Shown: positions 61,421 to 64,000 of the stretch, piece after piece
Numbering within the stretch: position 1 is the stretch's first letter
How the letters are laid out: each line of letters begins with the position of its first letter
Origin: the human T2T-CHM13v2.0 reference genome, Homo sapiens
Length of the DNA stretch: 64,000 nucleotides
Assembly: GCF_009914755.1 (NCBI RefSeq)
Contig: NC_060940.1
Strand: one strand, 5' to 3'
Notes under the pieces: model-generated
What the model was told of the DNA's origin: nothing
Seen by the model: the letters and a program-made list of their open reading frames with translations, nothing else
Database searches by the model: none
Program-made: the position numbers and the translations under genes

Positions 61421-63266
61421 GGCTGCAAGCAGACAAAATAAACACCCCGTCCCATGCTTCCTCCTCCCACGGCTGGGCCTCCGGCATGACCAGTTTTATG
61501 AATCAAACCCCTTTGAGGGGGATAGCCAAGCCACAGGCTTGGGTCACTTTTCCCTCCTGGGGTCCGGCAGTAGGTGCTGCTGTGCAGAAGGGCTGCCCGG
61601 GGTCCTCTGGACCCTTGTCACTCAAAGCACAGCTGGGGGCTACAGATATGCAGCCCTAGGGAGGGGCGGGGAGTGGCTGGTGGGCGTCCGATGCCCATCC
61701 CTCCAGGTGGGGGATGGACCTGTACTGGCCAGGGCCCTTAGAGCTTCGGGTATCAGGCAGGGTGCCGGGTCTCTGCCTCTGCCAGGGAAGGGGCTTTGCT
61801 TGGGCTGCAAACCCAGTGGCCTGGAGCCAGCCTAGTCCTTTGTGTCCCTGGGCTGGCAGTGCTGGGGCCTGAGGACTGCTGAGGTCCCCTGTGGTCACTG
61901 GCAGGCCAGCCGATTGGTGCCAGCCATTCTGCCTCTCCCCCATTCGTTAACGATTGCCACACCAGGGTCACTGACCGCCTCCCCTGCTGTGGCCCAGGGG
62001 TGGAGTGTGCAGGGTGGAAGGAAGAGGTCCTGGGGGTCTAGGTGTCCCCATGCCTGCCTTTTGCACCAAGGACAGGTGAGGCTCTGGAGACAGGCAGCGG
62101 GACCTAGAGCCCCCTTCCCCAGGCTGAGAGCCTCCAGGGCTGGGGATTGGATAAAATCTCCAAGGTCCCTTCACACTAGACTGTACTTTGGGTGTTGAGG
62201 GCATAGAGGGGTGGCCGGGCTGGGACCTTCCAAGCAGGGTCCATTAGGGCCAGTCCAGGGGGCAGCAAAGTCCAGGATGGGCCCAGCTATTGACAAAAAC
62301 CCAACAGAGCTGGGGCAGGCGGGTGGGGGATGGGGAGCAGTCCCCTGAGTTTACTCTCTTCTCCCAGGGGAGTTGGCCTGGAGCTTCTGTAAACAGAGTG
62401 TCAGAGGCAGGAAGAGGCTCTGGTGATGAGCAGCCCAGCTGGATCCCCTCCAGACCATTATCTAGCCTCCCCTGGGCCTGGGGAGGGAGGATGCGCACAC
62501 ACATGCCAGCCTGGGGGCCGGGCACTGCCTGTCCCCACCCCGCCCCCGTCTCCTGCACGTTGGAACAGCTGTCCTGCTACCTGTGGGTCCGGAGGGTCAG
62601 ATGGGGATGGGGCTGGGGGCTGGGGTCCCAGGGCATTTGTCCAGATGGCACCTCTCTCTCCATATTCTGGGAATGGGAGAATGGGATTCAGCATAAGGAG
62701 CCTCTCAGACACTGCCCAGACCTGTGCTTACCCGAGGAAGGCCCCTCTGGCACGCAGCCCAGGGGCCAGGGAGATGGCAAGGGAGATGCCCCGGGCAGGA
62801 GATGGGTCCGCGGCTCCTAGCTTCCATTACTGTCACCCCCACTGACAGCCCCGGGGGAGCTGGGACAAGTCCCAAGTACAGAAAATTAAGTCCTTGCCTG
62901 GGCTTATAAGTGGGTCCCAACACAACACTGGGCAGCCTCTGGGAACAAGAAAGCAGGGCCCTGCTGAGCCCAGGAGGGAGCTCCCACCTCAGCAGGCCAG
63001 ACAGCCAGTCCTGCCAGTGAGCAGAGGTGTGTAGAGGGGAGGCTGCCCACAGGGATGGCTATCCCTGACCACTGGCCAGCCCTGAGCTCATGGGAGGGCA
63101 GCAAGGCCACCTAACTCTGTTAGTGACCTCTCCTGGACCCCCCATCAGCTGCCCTTAGAGTCCCCTCCCTGGGCTGGGGAGCCCAAGGCTCTGTGCTGCC
63201 AAGAAAACCAGCTCCCCTCACTGCTGTGGAATTTGCGTGAGTTCTTGGAGAAGGGGGAGGGTGCAC

Positions 63267-63288
63267 GTGTGTGTGTGTGTGTGTGTGT
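63267..63288. repeat. (TG)n microsatellite
   Basis: GT dinucleotide run. Confidence 0.85.
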
Positions 63289-64000
63289 CTGCAGGAGCAC
63301 TGCCCAGTGGGCGTGTGTCTGGCGTGGGCGTGTCTGTGTGCGCGTGACTGGAGCAGGGCTGTGTATTTGGGGGTGGGTGGGGGTGTTTGGGGGAGCCTGC
63401 TTGCACCAGGAGGGGCAGGGCCTCAGCCTCCTTCCTTTTATCGGTTTCCACATTCCAGAGTCAGCCGGATCGCTTTCCCTCCGCGCTGGGCCGCCGGCCT
63501 CCCCCGCTTTTCCTCATTCCAGCCTCCCTGGGTGTGAGGAGGCTGGAGGAGGCTCCCTCAGGCCACCTCGGTTTTGGGCAGGGGGTGGGGGCAGGCGAGG
63601 GGCCAGTTATTCTTCAGGGTTCGGGACGGCCCCCACCAGACTCTTCGTGGGGAATGCAATAAGGTTCTGACATTCCTCAGGGGCTGCCTGAGAGATTTAA
63701 TTAAGGAGGGAGGAGGGAGCCGGCCTACACCGGGAAGGGGCTGGGGCGGCCGCTGGGGCCCCTGCTGGCCCTGGGCCCCGAGCCCGGCTGGGCATTGAGA
63801 GCAGTGCGGGGGCAGGGTTGTGGTTCAGTGGCCAGGTCCTGTTCTGCCTCCCTGAATCCATCCCGCCTGCCCATTGATCAGCTCACAGACCCCAGGGGCG
63901 CCATTTCTGCCACGGGTTGGCCAAGAACCCTGGGTGATTGTGGGGGGTTCGGCATGGGGAGCTTGAGAAGGGCAAGACCCCTTCCAGGGCCACTTCCTTC

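Noticed and set aside
60720-61506. ORFs of 150-255 aa across the VASN promoter
   Set aside because: CpG-island artefacts; VASN exon 1 is non-coding and its LRR-containing CDS is not in this window

Overview
Human (primate) genomic DNA: GC-rich, Alu-dense and recognisable as the 16p13.3 GLIS2-PAM16-CORO7-VASN cluster. Exons were reconstructed by hand from GT-AG boundaries and codon phase. (1) GLIS2 (+): complete CDS join(19573..19744,20639..20811,22093..22269,22352..22485,22567..22685,24017..24816) = 1575 nt / 524 aa with five C2H2 fingers. It has a CpG-island promoter and non-coding first exon near 3.3-3.56 kb and a poly(A) signal at 26867. (2) PAM16/Magmas (-): complete CDS in 5 exons (40404..40406, 30499..30583, 28660..28796, 28212..28277, 27611..27697) = 378 nt / 125 aa, convergent with GLIS2. 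(3) CORO7 (-): the last 19 coding exons (54719 down to 44333); the 5' part lies beyond the window. It can splice in frame into PAM16 exon 2 (the known CORO7-PAM16 readthrough). (4) VASN (+): promoter and non-coding exon 1 nested antisense inside a CORO7 intron. (5) A spliced minus-strand transcript model inside GLIS2 intron 1 consistent with GLIS2-AS1. Repeats include ~40 Alus, a MER9 (HERV-K HML-3) solo LTR with a target-site duplication (TSD), an MLT1 LTR, MIR/L2 relics and three minisatellites. I found no new protein-coding gene or new multi-gene system that I can support. The most interesting unexplained structures are: a ~2.57 kb 18-bp VNTR in PAM16 intron 1 whose sense strand is an array of decoy 3' splice sites and which carries an ATG-initiated 932-codon ORF; a candidate poison exon in PAM16; a fully open second reading frame across the last GLIS2 exon; a templated ~125-bp insertion with a fold-back end inside an Alu; an L2-derived minisatellite; and motif clusters (DR1, GLIS, TEAD, NRF1, miRNA seeds). 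Repeat family names and boundaries come from visual recall of consensus sequences and are approximate.
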